From Flavobacteriales bacterium (lineage in GTDB: Bacteria; Bacteroidota; Bacteroidia; NORP154): a stretch of 48,153 nucleotides of DNA. Shown here piece after piece: positions 32,153 to 41,923 of this stretch (position 1 is the stretch's first letter; each line of letters opens with the position of its first letter). The notes beneath the pieces are model-generated. The model had not been told where the DNA came from. It was given only the letters and a program-made list of their open reading frames with translations, and did not search any database. The stretch lies in assembly GCA_012966015.1 (NCBI GenBank), contig DTRI01000396.1:1-48153 (forward strand). The letters are read 5' to 3'. The position numbers and the translations under genes were made by a program.

Positions 32153-34044
32153 TCCAGCTTTTCCTCTTCATTATTGATAATCTTGCCATTCTCTATGAGC
32201 CATTGAATGACTTTCAAGGTCTTGTCTTCAGAACTATCCTTAATGCTGTCCACCAGGGAGGTGAGGTCTATAGGGTTTTCCTGAAGCATGGGCTTTACCT
32301 GGTCCAGCACCCCGTCAAATTCCAATTGACTCAAATTCAACTTGTTTCTCTCCAGGCACACGTCACAGGACCCGCATCTGTAGCTATCTCCTTCGCCAAA
32401 GTAAGAGAGCAACAACTGGCTGCGGCACTTGTTGTAAGACACGACGTAATTCAGCATGGCATTTATCTTTTTGAGGCTAATTTCCTTTCTGTTCTGATAA
32501 TTTTCTTTAGATATAACCAGCCCCGAAGCATCCTGGCGAGGAGCTGTGTAAACCAGCTGAGGCAATTTGCTCTGCTTCAAATAGGTAAGGATTTTCATTT
32601 TATGAAGCTTTTCGAGGAATTCGGCAATTATCTCCTTCTTCACCTTAGCGCGTTTCGCCAGCTGGGTCTCATCAATTTTTACAAAATCATCAAAGCTTCC
32701 AGCATAGGAACGAAGCAACAATTTGATAATTGGGTCCAACAGTTTATTCTCAACCTGAAAGTTGTATAAATTCATTTTGTCGATGGTGAACATAATCTTT
32801 GACGGCATATACTTGGCATCGTTCATGGCCAGATACCCGTCACGTTCCAAAAACTTCAAGCTGTTATATACGGTAAGCGGCTTTAGCTTAAATTTATCAC
32901 TAAATAGGTTTATGTCCAGGTCGTAGGTCTCACCCTCTCCCGCCCCAACGGCCAGCTGAAAACTGTTACCCAGCGACAAATAGGTTTTTTTGATTTCCTT
33001 AATTGTCGGATAGCTTGTAGAGATCAAGTCTTTTGCTTTTAACAGATCGGCTTCATTATAGATGATCACAGCATAGGCTTTCTTTTCATCACGCCCTGCG
33101 CGGCCGGCTTCCTGGAAGTAGGCTTCCATGCTGTCTGGGATATCCAGGTGCACCACGAATCTTACGTTGGCTTTGTCTATTCCCATTCCGAAGGCATTGG
33201 TACTCACAATGACCCTGGTTACGTTCGTTGCCCATTCCAGCTGGCGCGCGTCGCGAACTTCCTGATTTAATCCCGCGTGGTAGTACGTTGACGATACATT
33301 GTTTTTGTTCAGGAAGTCGGAGATCTCTCTGGAGCTTTTCCGGTTTCGCACATAAACTATTCCTGTTCCCTTTACAGTTGAGGTGACCTTGAGCAATCTT
33401 TTTAGTTTGTCATCCTCTTTCAAAACCACGTAGGCCAGGTTCTTCCTTTCGAAGCTTTTCTGTAATAAGTTCTCAGATTTGAACTCGAGTTTTTCCTGAA
33501 TGTCTGTTGCGACTTCCGTTGTTGCAGTAGCGGTTAAGGCAATTATGGGTACTTCTGGATGTAGTTTTCTTGTCTCGGCGATATGGAGGTAGGAGGGCCT
33601 GAAATCATAGCCCCATTGAGAAATGCAGTGGGCTTCATCCACGACAAAGAGGTTAATCTTCATCTTTTTCATACGCTCTATTACTATTTCCGCTTTCAAC
33701 CGTTCAGGCGAGAGGTATAGAAACTTGACTTTTCCGTATATACAGTTATCGAGGGCAATATCAATTTCCCTCCGGTGCATACCTGAGAAGATTGCTACTG
33801 CAGGAATCCCAACCTTTTTAAGATTGGCCACCTGATCTTTCATCAGGGCAATAAGCGGTGATATAACAATGCAAATGCCTTCTTTTGCCAATCCGGGCAC
33901 TTGAAAACATATTGACTTACCTCCTCCTGTAGGAAGCAGTGCCAGCGTGTCTTCACCTTCAAGCACGGAATTGATAATATCCTCCTGTAATGGCCTGAAG
34001 CTGGAAAACCCCCAGTACTTCGTCAATATCTGGTGTATGGTCAC
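32140..34044 (-). CDS. recQ: RecQ-family ATP-dependent DNA helicase
   Basis: 634-aa ORF with a GTG start. Motifs are FRPLQEDIIN, motif I LPTGGGKS, the DEAH box VDEAHCISQWGYDFRP, QEAGRAGRD and a Zn-binding Cys cluster CRSQLLLSYFGE...YRCGSCDVC. Its 3' end overlaps the mpg start by 13 nt. Confidence 0.9.
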   Translation of the reverse strand: MTIHQILTKYWGFSSFRPLQEDIINSVLEGEDTLALLPTGGGKSICFQVPGLAKEGICIVISPLIALMKDQVANLKKVGIPAVAIFSGMHRREIDIALDNCIYGKVKFLYLSPERLKAEIVIERMKKMKINLFVVDEAHCISQWGYDFRPSYLHIAETRKLHPEVPIIALTATATTEVATDIQEKLEFKSENLLQKSFERKNLAYVVLKEDDKLKRLLKVTSTVKGTGIVYVRNRKSSREISDFLNKNNVSSTYYHAGLNQEVRDARQLEWATNVTRVIVSTNAFGMGIDKANVRFVVHLDIPDSMEAYFQEAGRAGRDEKKAYAVIIYNEADLLKAKDLISTSYPTIKEIKKTYLSLGNSFQLAVGAGEGETYDLDINLFSDKFKLKPLTVYNSLKFLERDGYLAMNDAKYMPSKIMFTIDKMNLYNFQVENKLLDPIIKLLLRSYAGSFDDFVKIDETQLAKRAKVKKEIIAEFLEKLHKMKILTYLKQSKLPQLVYTAPRQDASGLVISKENYQNRKEISLKKINAMLNYVVSYNKCRSQLLLSYFGEGDSYRCGSCDVCLERNKLNLSQLEFDGVLDQVKPMLQENPIDLTSLVDSIKDSSEDKTLKVIQWLIENGKIINNEEEKLEWVS

Positions 34045-34307
34045 TATAGCTACTTGTGTTTAACTAACATGAATCCAGAATAAGTCTGGAATATTATTTG
34101 CCCTTCTATCAGATTCAATTCTAAAAAATACATCACAGATGGCGCCGATCATACAGATAATTACAAATCTTTATTGCGATTATCAGGGTAAATCTGCTAA
34201 ATCCGCGTCATCACTGTTCCGTTAATCTCTCTATTTGCCTAAGTATATCTTCGGTTCAATTATTGCAATTGCCAATTTGTATCGTGCTTCGTAAAATGTA
34301 AAACATC

Positions 34308-34442
34308 TACGAATAACGAATTGTTGCGAATTTACGAACGAAGAAAGGAGCATCGACATGCTGCACTATCAGAATTATCGCTCAGTTAATCATGTAAACG
34401 GACAATTCGTTTTCGTACTTTCGTATTGTTTCATACTTCGTA
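34308..34442. repeat. Two opposed arrays of CGAA / TTCG short repeats (TACGAA x2 plus ACGAA/CGAA on the left; TTCGTA x3 plus TTCGTT on the right)
   Basis: The left array (34308-34343) is cTACGAAtaACGAAttgttgCGAAttTACGAACGAAg. The right array (34403-34442) is CAATTCGTtTTCGTActTTCGTAttgtttcatacTTCGTA. ACGAATTG (34316-34323) is perfectly complementary to CAATTCGT (34403-34410). Confidence 0.6.
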
Positions 34443-34456
34443 AATGAATACCTAAA

Positions 34457-36463
34457 ATGCAAGTTTGCAACGCAAAAATGAGATTCATTTCTTTCATAGG
34501 TAAAGGTAAAAAATTGGGGGTAATCTTACTCCTCTCCTTCTTTTGCATGCTCATTTTTAATTCGGTGCAGGCGCAGAAGCTGAGCACAGGGTCTAAGAAG
34601 GCAGCCAAACTCTTTGAAAGTGCTGAAGCCATGTACCAGGAAAGACGCAACGCAGAGGCTGCAACAGAGCTTCTTGCTGCCCTTGAAAAGGACCCCAATT
34701 TCGTCGAAGCGCACGTTTTACTGGCTGCGGTTTATACTGATTTGAGGCAGGCTGAGAAGGCCATTGCATCATATAAGTCAGCTGTTCAAATAAACCCAGA
34801 CTTTTTCCCTCCCAACTATTATAATCTGGGTACGCTTGAGCTGACAATAGGAGATTACCAGCACTGCAAAGAGCATCTGGTTCAGTTTCTTCAGTACAAT
34901 GGGATGAATACTAAATTTGTAAAACTTGCGGAGCATAACATCAAAGTGTGTGATTTTGCAATTGCAGCAATGAAAAATCCGGTACCCTTTGAGCCGGTGA
35001 ATTTAGGAAAGGAAGTGAATACTGCTGATGATGAGTATTATCCCGGAATAACAGCGGATGATGAGATGCTTCTCTACACCAGAAGAATAAAGGATGATAA
35101 AAATTATTTCGGGGAACAGGAGGATTTCTTTGTAAGCAGAAAAGTAGAGGGTAGGTGGACGCAGAACTACAACATTGGCCCACCGATAAATACCCATTAC
35201 AATGAGGGCTCTCCAGCCATCTCTCCGGATGGACAGATTATTATTTTCGCTGCATGTGAGGAAATTGATGGCTATGGTGCTGGCAGAAAGGGCTTTGGCA
35301 GCTGCGATATATTCTTTGTGAAGAAAAAGGGCACATCCTGGACTCGTCCTGTGAATATGGGGCCACCCATCAGCTCAAAGGCCTGGGACGTGCAGCCATC
35401 TTATGCTGCAGATGGTACAACATTGTACTTTATAAGCAATAGGAGAGGCAGCCTTGGGGAAGCCGACATATGGATGTCGAGGCTCACACCTGAAGGTGTG
35501 TGGGGAAAGGTCGAGAATCTGGGCCCTGTCATCAACACTCCTGGCAGAGAAGAAGCTGTTTTTATACACCCAGATAATCAAACGCTGTATTTTACTTCGG
35601 CCGGACATGTGGGAATGGGAGGATTGGATATCTATGTTTCAAAAAAAGATACAAATGGTGAGTGGGGAAAACCTGTGAACCTGGGTTATCCTATCAACAC
35701 TTTCAATGATGAGAACGGACTCATCGTTGGGGCAAGCGGCGAACTGGCTTTCTTTTCATCCAACAGAAAGGGTGGTTTTGGAGGGTTGGATCTTTACGCA
35801 TTTGAACTTCCCAAGGAAGTGCGCCCAACTCGGGTAACCTATGTGAAGGGCAGCGTATATGAAAAAGGGACAAAGAAGCCTCTCAGCTCACGCTTTGAAC
35901 TGATTGATCTGGAAACGGGAGAGATCGTGATAGAATCTTACTCAAGTAAATCCAATGGAGAGTTTTTAGTCTGCCTGCCGGTGAATAAGAATTATGCCTT
36001 GAACGTATCTAAGAGGCGATATGTCTTTTATTCAGATAACTTTTCCTTGAAGGACATTAAGGATAATTCAGAACCTTTCAAGTTGAATGTGCCTTTACAG
36101 CCGGTGGAGGTAGGAGCCAGGCTGGTCTTGAAAAATGTGTTTTATGAAACGGGCTCTTATGAATTGAGAAAAGAATCAAAAGTAGAGCTGATGAAACTGG
36201 TTCAATTTATGAGTGCCAATCCAACCGTTGTAATCGAGATAAGTGGTCACACGGATAATGTAGGTGTGAAGAGTGACAACCAAAAACTATCGGAGAATAG
36301 GGCAGGAGAAGTGTACCAATATCTGATAGAGCAAGCCGTTTCTGAGGCTAGAATGAAGTTCAAAGGCTATGGGGAAACTGTGCCGTTGAAATCCAATGAT
36401 ACGAATTGGGGTCGGGCGCAGAACAGGAGGACGGAGTTTGAGATTATCGGCTTGACAGAGTAA
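34457..36463 (+). CDS. OmpA-family envelope protein with TPR, PD40/TolB-like repeats and C-terminal OmpA domain (paralog of 20952..23108)
   Basis: 668-aa ORF with the same domain order as 20952..23108. Shared blocks include GGLDIYVSKKDTNGEWGKPVNLGYPINT versus GGYDIFKSVKGDDGQWGKPENLGYPINT. The OmpA end is GHTDNVGVKSDNQKLSENRAGEV...NRRTEFEI. An alternative ATG is at 34478. Confidence 0.9.
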   Translation: MQVCNAKMRFISFIGKGKKLGVILLLSFFCMLIFNSVQAQKLSTGSKKAAKLFESAEAMYQERRNAEAATELLAALEKDPNFVEAHVLLAAVYTDLRQAEKAIASYKSAVQINPDFFPPNYYNLGTLELTIGDYQHCKEHLVQFLQYNGMNTKFVKLAEHNIKVCDFAIAAMKNPVPFEPVNLGKEVNTADDEYYPGITADDEMLLYTRRIKDDKNYFGEQEDFFVSRKVEGRWTQNYNIGPPINTHYNEGSPAISPDGQIIIFAACEEIDGYGAGRKGFGSCDIFFVKKKGTSWTRPVNMGPPISSKAWDVQPSYAADGTTLYFISNRRGSLGEADIWMSRLTPEGVWGKVENLGPVINTPGREEAVFIHPDNQTLYFTSAGHVGMGGLDIYVSKKDTNGEWGKPVNLGYPINTFNDENGLIVGASGELAFFSSNRKGGFGGLDLYAFELPKEVRPTRVTYVKGSVYEKGTKKPLSSRFELIDLETGEIVIESYSSKSNGEFLVCLPVNKNYALNVSKRRYVFYSDNFSLKDIKDNSEPFKLNVPLQPVEVGARLVLKNVFYETGSYELRKESKVELMKLVQFMSANPTVVIEISGHTDNVGVKSDNQKLSENRAGEVYQYLIEQAVSEARMKFKGYGETVPLKSNDTNWGRAQNRRTEFEIIGLTE

Positions 36464-36472
36464 TTATCCTGA

Positions 36473-36556
36473 CCATAACTATGACTATGACATATCTTCG
36501 TATTTTGAAATGATGATTATCGATTCTGGCCATCGTCATTGTTATAGTCATCGTTT
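36473..36556. repeat. Inverted pair of hexamer-type arrays (ATAACTATGACTATGACAT ... GCCATCGTCATTGTTATAGTCATCG)
   Basis: Read directly in the 130-nt spacer after the OmpA-family gene. The left part is the reverse complement of the TCATAG-type units seen at 31511-31544. The right part shares GCCATCGTCAT with 31533-31543. Confidence 0.5.
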
Positions 36557-36593
36557 AACCCACAAGTTGTTTTAAAGATAAAGCCCGAACAAT

Positions 36594-37571
36594 ATGGAAT
36601 ACAGAAGGCTAGGTAAATCCGGATTGCAAGTAAGTGCCATATCCTTTGGCTCATGGCTCACTTTTGGTAAACAGATAGCAGACAACGTCGCAGAGGAATG
36701 CATGAAGCTAGCCTATGACAACGGCGTTAACTTTTTTGACAATGCTGAAGTGTATGCCAAGGGCCAATCAGAAATCGTTATGGGAAATATTCTCGCTAAA
36801 ATGAAATGGCCCCGAGACACTTATACTGTTTCCAGCAAGGTCTACTGGGGTGGTGACATACCCAACCAAAAGGGTTTGAGCAGAAAACACATCGTCGAGG
36901 CTTGTAACGCATCCCTAAAGCGCATGCAGGTCGATTATTTTGATCTGTACTTCTGTCATCGACCAGATTTGGATACACCTGTGGAGGAGAGTGTGTGGAC
37001 CATGCACAATTTAATACAACAGGGTAAGATATTGTACTGGGGAACCTCTGAATGGACCGCCCAGGAAATACAAGAGGCGATCACTGTTGCCCGTCAGAAT
37101 AGCCTCATTCCTCCGGTAGTGGAGCAGCCGCAGTACAACATGTTTAACAGGAGAAAGCTGGAAGTTGAGTATTACAAGCTGCTGCGCGATCATGGCATGG
37201 GTACAACCATCTGGTCGCCGCTTGCTTCCGGGCTCCTTACGGGAAAGTACAATGGCGGATTCCCAAAAGACACGCGATTGAGCATGGAAGGCATGGACTG
37301 GCTGAAGGATAAGACCCTTAGCGAGTCTCGCATAGCGAAGGTCCAGCAGCTTTCGGCTTTAGCCACTGAGCTTAACACAACGATTACCAACATGGCGATT
37401 GCCTGGTGTTTGAAAAATGAATATGTGAGTACGGTAATCACTGGTGCCAGCAGAATCGATCACCTGAAGGAAAACCTCAAGGCACTTGATGTAATTGAGC
37501 TGCTAACCCCTGAGGTTATGGAAAAGATTGAGGAGATCCTTGACAATAAACAGGAGTATCCAATTTATTGA
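36594..37571 (+). CDS. Aldo/keto reductase (Kv-beta-subunit-like subfamily)
   Basis: 325-aa ORF. AKR blocks are MEYRRLGKSGLQVSAISFGSW, NFFDNAEVYA, YFCHRPD, WGTSEW and VVEQPQYNMF. Confidence 0.9.
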   Translation: MEYRRLGKSGLQVSAISFGSWLTFGKQIADNVAEECMKLAYDNGVNFFDNAEVYAKGQSEIVMGNILAKMKWPRDTYTVSSKVYWGGDIPNQKGLSRKHIVEACNASLKRMQVDYFDLYFCHRPDLDTPVEESVWTMHNLIQQGKILYWGTSEWTAQEIQEAITVARQNSLIPPVVEQPQYNMFNRRKLEVEYYKLLRDHGMGTTIWSPLASGLLTGKYNGGFPKDTRLSMEGMDWLKDKTLSESRIAKVQQLSALATELNTTITNMAIAWCLKNEYVSTVITGASRIDHLKENLKALDVIELLTPEVMEKIEEILDNKQEYPIY

Positions 37572-39049
37572 TTGCTGAATATGTTGATTTGGTATACCCC
37601 GCTAGAATAAACTTCTTTTTGGTATGCGTAGCTTTTGGTAAAGGCTAAAAATAAGTTCTCATCCGGGTCAGAATACTCGTTACCGGCTTGCAAATAAATA
37701 ATATCCTTATTCTGAGAGGCTATTAAATCTTTAATATTTTCATATTCGTCAACAGGATATATACCTTCGGATTGCATCAGGTTTTTGTTATTCCTGTAAT
37801 CCTCAAAATACTTTTGGTTGTAATAGTAGGTAAACCCATAATCGGCATATACAGGGGAAATAAACACTAAATTGTCCTTGGTTTTTAGCTTCTTTATCTT
37901 TTCCACCACTTCCCTTAGGTTTCTGTTATTGCTTGGGTTTAGCTCAACAGTTACAATCAGAGACAAAACAACCAATGCCAGCGCAGAATATTGAAGAAGT
38001 CTTGAGCTGAATAGAAGTGAGATGAGAACAAGAACAAAAATGAAAAGGGGTACAGAACAAAACAGGATGTAGCGATCTATAAACATTGGGACCCAAAAAG
38101 AAACAAAAAACATTGACAGATAGGGTATAATAAACCAGGAGAATACAACAATCATTTGCTTATTGCTTGCAATGGTTCGTAACACCTCCGATAATCTGAG
38201 CTGCTTTAGTGCAATAACAATTCCGATTGCGATAACGCTTATGATCACTATCGTACTTATTTTTGAATTCAAGAATAAGTTGATAAATCCATAGACATGG
38301 GTGATATCGGGTTTGGCTACCCATGTTCCTCCAACGGACGCTGAGTATCTATTAATTAAGACGGGAATAAATGGTATGTACGCAATTATGGTAGCTGCCA
38401 GAACAATAAACATCTTCTTCCATACGGCGGAATTTGATCTCACAATAATCAATATAATGACTTCCAGCCCTATTACTATAAATCCGAAATAGTGAGAGTA
38501 GATGAGGATAATATTAGCCAGCACTATCCGATAGTAATGCTTTCTTGCCTGGGGGTCTCTAAGCAAGGATAAGATACTGAAAAGAATAACGGCGTTCAAA
38601 AGAGCAAAGAGGGTATACGTTCTGGCCTCATGGGCAAAGTATATATGCATGGTTGAGAAACTAAAAACCAGGGCTGAAGCAAAAGCCGCCGGCCTATTGA
38701 AGAATTTTACCCCCAATTGATAAATTACCACGGCGGTTAAGGCGCTAAAAATTGTCGATAACATTCTCACGGAAAAGGCACTGATACCAAATAGCTGAAT
38801 CCAATAGTGAAGAAATATATGATATAACGGGGGGTTGTTTTCAGCTGCTGTACTAAAATATTCAAGTATAAATGGAATGCTGTGTTGAGCATAGAAAATG
38901 CTAAATGGCTCATCCATGGCGACATCCTGAGAATCGATAAATAGCGATTTAAGGATTATGTTCAGAAGAAATATAGCAACAGGTATGAGCAGTGCACTGA
39001 CTGTTGAACTTGACCAGGTCTTACCTCCGATTATTGATTGAATAGACAT
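37565..39049 (-). CDS. GT-C fold membrane glycosyltransferase (GT39/ArnT/PMT-like)
   Basis: Polytopic membrane protein. The first-loop acidic motif AMDEPFSIFYAQ is followed by NPPLYHIFLHYWIQLFG and HEARTYTL, which is typical of ArnT/PMT-type enzymes. The ATG at 39049 is preferred. The ORF track's TTG at 39127 would overlap the upstream gene by 35 nt. Confidence 0.7.
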   Translation of the reverse strand: MSIQSIIGGKTWSSSTVSALLIPVAIFLLNIILKSLFIDSQDVAMDEPFSIFYAQHSIPFILEYFSTAAENNPPLYHIFLHYWIQLFGISAFSVRMLSTIFSALTAVVIYQLGVKFFNRPAAFASALVFSFSTMHIYFAHEARTYTLFALLNAVILFSILSLLRDPQARKHYYRIVLANIILIYSHYFGFIVIGLEVIILIIVRSNSAVWKKMFIVLAATIIAYIPFIPVLINRYSASVGGTWVAKPDITHVYGFINLFLNSKISTIVIISVIAIGIVIALKQLRLSEVLRTIASNKQMIVVFSWFIIPYLSMFFVSFWVPMFIDRYILFCSVPLFIFVLVLISLLFSSRLLQYSALALVVLSLIVTVELNPSNNRNLREVVEKIKKLKTKDNLVFISPVYADYGFTYYYNQKYFEDYRNNKNLMQSEGIYPVDEYENIKDLIASQNKDIIYLQAGNEYSDPDENLFLAFTKSYAYQKEVYSSGVYQINIFSNQ

Positions 39050-39092
39050 TGCACTGGTAAGAAATTGAGTAAATAAATACCTGGTTATTAAT

Positions 39093-40613
39093 CTAGGGGT
39101 TGGCAATGAGAATTTTTCCCGATTCAACGTACAGCTCCTGTTTGCTCAACCCATATGCAGAGGCCTGGATTTTGTAGAAATACATACCTGCTGGTAAATT
39201 GCCCCTGCTAAAGATGTAATGGTCTCCAGCTATGCTGCGCCGCGCAATTACCTGTCTTCCTACATGGTCATACAGCTCAAAATCAAAATTTGAAATTTTC
39301 ATATTTTGAACATTCACCTCAACCCTCGATTGAGCTGCAACCGGGTGAGGGTAAACCAGAATGGAAGAACCGCTGCTCTCTTTTTCCAAAATCCCTATAA
39401 TGATAGGAGGTAAGGATGTGTCCTCATATCTATAGGTAACTGTATCAGCAGTTGTTCCATCAGGCCCGGATTTGATCAGATAAATGTCTGAGTAACCCGC
39501 ACCATAACTGAATGTTGTACCCACCACGACAAAACCGCTATCAGCTGTTTGCTCAATTGAATAGCCTATTTCTGATTCAGCTATTATAGGTGCACCGTAT
39601 GTTGCTGCTCCTGCAAACCCCCCCGTACTATTCACTTTCCAAAATAACACGTCTTCGTTACCAAGTCCGGTAGTCAAGCCGGTAAAAGCGTATTCACCCG
39701 TAAAGGTTGGTACTATTGAATGAGCCCGCTTATCATCCATGGCCCCTTCTGTCTTGGTCCAGGTAGCTGCACCAAGCGGATCAGTCTTGATAAGGTAAAA
39801 ATCATCGTAACCGGGATTGTAGCTTTTTGTATAGCCGGCTACAATAAACCCAGTGTCAGCAGTTTGCTTTACCGACATTCCCACGTCATCTAAGCTATCT
39901 CCGTAAGTTTGAGCCCATACTGTCGATCCACTCATATCGAGCTTAACCAGGTAAAGATCTTTTTTGCCCAATCCCATACTGCTTGTCTCACCTACCAAGA
40001 CGTATCCGCTGTCTACTGTTTGATGAATTTCCTTCCCGGATTCCTGTTTAGCGCCTCCAATGGTTTTTGTCCAGAGTGAGTCGCCAAGGTTATCGAGTTT
40101 AATCACATAAACATCATTGTCTCCGGCTCCAAAACTATAGGTCTCCCCAACAATTACATAACCACCGTCATTGGTTTGGGCTACACCATAGCCAATATCC
40201 CAATCACTTCCACCAAAGGTACGTGTCCACAAGGTGTCACCAACAGGGTCTGTCTTAACAACATAAACGTCGTAGGTGCCAGCTCCGTAGCTATTGGTAT
40301 ATCCGGCGATTATGTATCCGGAATCTGCCGTTTGTTCAAGGGAATAGCCCCATTCTAACTCCTCACCACCAATTGCTTTAGACCATTGATAAATTCCAAC
40401 TGAGTCAACTTTAACCAAATAAATGTCAGAATTCCCACTTCCGCCACCACCGGTCGAACCGACTATGATATATCCGCCGTCAAAAGTCTGCTGAACATCC
40501 CTGGCGTAATCATACCCAGACGTACCATACACCCATCTGAAGGTCGTATCCTGACTAAAAGCCAAAGTAGACCAAGCAAAGAGCAGTGTCAATATAATGT
40601 ACTTCCTTTTCAC
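39093..40613 (-). CDS. Secreted 7-repeat (beta-propeller-like) protein with T9SS type A C-terminal sorting domain
   Basis: 506-aa ORF with a GTG start and signal peptide MKRKYIILTLLFAWSTLAFSQ. It has seven ~50-aa repeats (W.kt.GG....G.sv.QT.DgGyiivG.T.S.G.G..D.YlvK.D..G). The C-terminal ~80 aa (ILVYPHPVAAQ...LPAGMYFYKI) resembles the Por secretion tail. Confidence 0.85.
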   Translation of the reverse strand: MKRKYIILTLLFAWSTLAFSQDTTFRWVYGTSGYDYARDVQQTFDGGYIIVGSTGGGGSGNSDIYLVKVDSVGIYQWSKAIGGEELEWGYSLEQTADSGYIIAGYTNSYGAGTYDVYVVKTDPVGDTLWTRTFGGSDWDIGYGVAQTNDGGYVIVGETYSFGAGDNDVYVIKLDNLGDSLWTKTIGGAKQESGKEIHQTVDSGYVLVGETSSMGLGKKDLYLVKLDMSGSTVWAQTYGDSLDDVGMSVKQTADTGFIVAGYTKSYNPGYDDFYLIKTDPLGAATWTKTEGAMDDKRAHSIVPTFTGEYAFTGLTTGLGNEDVLFWKVNSTGGFAGAATYGAPIIAESEIGYSIEQTADSGFVVVGTTFSYGAGYSDIYLIKSGPDGTTADTVTYRYEDTSLPPIIIGILEKESSGSSILVYPHPVAAQSRVEVNVQNMKISNFDFELYDHVGRQVIARRSIAGDHYIFSRGNLPAGMYFYKIQASAYGLSKQELYVESGKILIANP

Positions 40614-41923
40614 TAAAAGCTTTTAACAATACTTAAATACAAACTGTTCCTCCCCGTTCTCTTGGGGAAAATAAATCCGTCGAGGCTGTGCGTTCCCAGG
40701 CCTATCTTGAAACCGCCAACATCCGCCTGCGCCTGAAATCCAAGGTTAACTTTGCCGTATCCGCCAAATTCCAGTGATCCCCCCAGACGGAATTTCTCCT
40801 TGAGCGTGTGCCCGGCCTTTATGTAAATAAAAGGTGAGTAGTTAGAGAATATTCTAAAGACTGTTCCCAATGAAATGTACAATCCTGAACTATTCTCCTG
40901 ATACAAGCTGAGGTGGAATAGAGCCGGTAACACCGTTGAATACGACGTGTTTGAAGAGTTGGGCTTATAAACCTCTTTCAATGAATCTACAATTGGCTCC
41001 AGAATGGAATCGTTAAGCTGCAGTATATTCTCTAGCACAATACCATCAAACTCATATACAGTGTCAACCTCATGTTGCACGGTCTTATCATTCCAATTAA
41101 TAAAGCCAAGGTCAGAAACTTCAACTCTCATATATCCACTCCAATCTGCTTCGTTTTTATCTTCAATTGTTGTGGCTTGAAATATGTTATATGACAATTG
41201 GTAGAACAAATCTGTCGATACACCCCAACCATGCATTGCGTCAAATCCCACCTTTGATGTATCACTTTGTGTGATGTTGTATTTGACATCCAAATCAACA
41301 TGATCACCTGATTGACTGGTATATAGATTAGCACGACTGATCTTTTCGCTTAAAAATTGCTCACCTTTTATGAAGGATATGCCGATACCATATTTACTCG
41401 AGCCTTTGAAAGAGTTGATGATCCCAACTTCTATTTGTTGGTATCTGAGCAAATTAAATTCTGATGATCCCATCTTAGCCGTATCTCCGGCATACCGAGC
41501 ATTACCATACATGCCTACCCGAAAAAGGTCTTCTGTGAAGACTAGATTTACGTGCTCCCTGCCGGCAATCTTGATGAAATAATGAAAACCCTTCTTTTCC
41601 TTACCAAAGAGAGAATCGATCCGTTGAGAAAAGAACAGTCCATAGTTTAGGTCAGCACCAGCTTTATTGTATTCTGATAACCGCTTATCTATTCTATCCT
41701 TGGTTTCAGCTTCGATAAAGGAACCATTCAGCACCTTGTAGTACAGCTCATTGGTAAGAGCAGTGGAGTTTACGTCGTACTCACCCAATATTCCCATTGT
41801 CATCTTGGAGGAGTCATTATAATAATCACCAAGTGTGAATAGCGATTGTGACGAACATTCAGCCGCCAGGAAAAAGGTTATTAATATGTAGAGAGATCTT
41901 GCCACAATTCTATTAATTGCCAT
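40613..41923 (-). CDS. Hypothetical outer-membrane beta-barrel-like protein
   Basis: The ATG at 41923 gives the signal peptide MAINRIVARSLYILITFFLAAECSSQ. The sequence shows an alternating amphipathic beta pattern and ends in an aromatic residue (...LYLSIVKSF), as in the OMP beta-signal. The ORF track start at 41962 would overlap the upstream gene by 50 nt. Confidence 0.65.
   Translation of the reverse strand: MAINRIVARSLYILITFFLAAECSSQSLFTLGDYYNDSSKMTMGILGEYDVNSTALTNELYYKVLNGSFIEAETKDRIDKRLSEYNKAGADLNYGLFFSQRIDSLFGKEKKGFHYFIKIAGREHVNLVFTEDLFRVGMYGNARYAGDTAKMGSSEFNLLRYQQIEVGIINSFKGSSKYGIGISFIKGEQFLSEKISRANLYTSQSGDHVDLDVKYNITQSDTSKVGFDAMHGWGVSTDLFYQLSYNIFQATTIEDKNEADWSGYMRVEVSDLGFINWNDKTVQHEVDTVYEFDGIVLENILQLNDSILEPIVDSLKEVYKPNSSNTSYSTVLPALFHLSLYQENSSGLYISLGTVFRIFSNYSPFIYIKAGHTLKEKFRLGGSLEFGGYGKVNLGFQAQADVGGFKIGLGTHSLDGFIFPKRTGRNSLYLSIVKSF

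Noticed and set aside
32203-32769. A 188-aa ORF on the plus strand.
   Set aside because: It is antisense to recQ, which is clearly coding there (Zn-finger and winged-helix regions). No recognisable domain.
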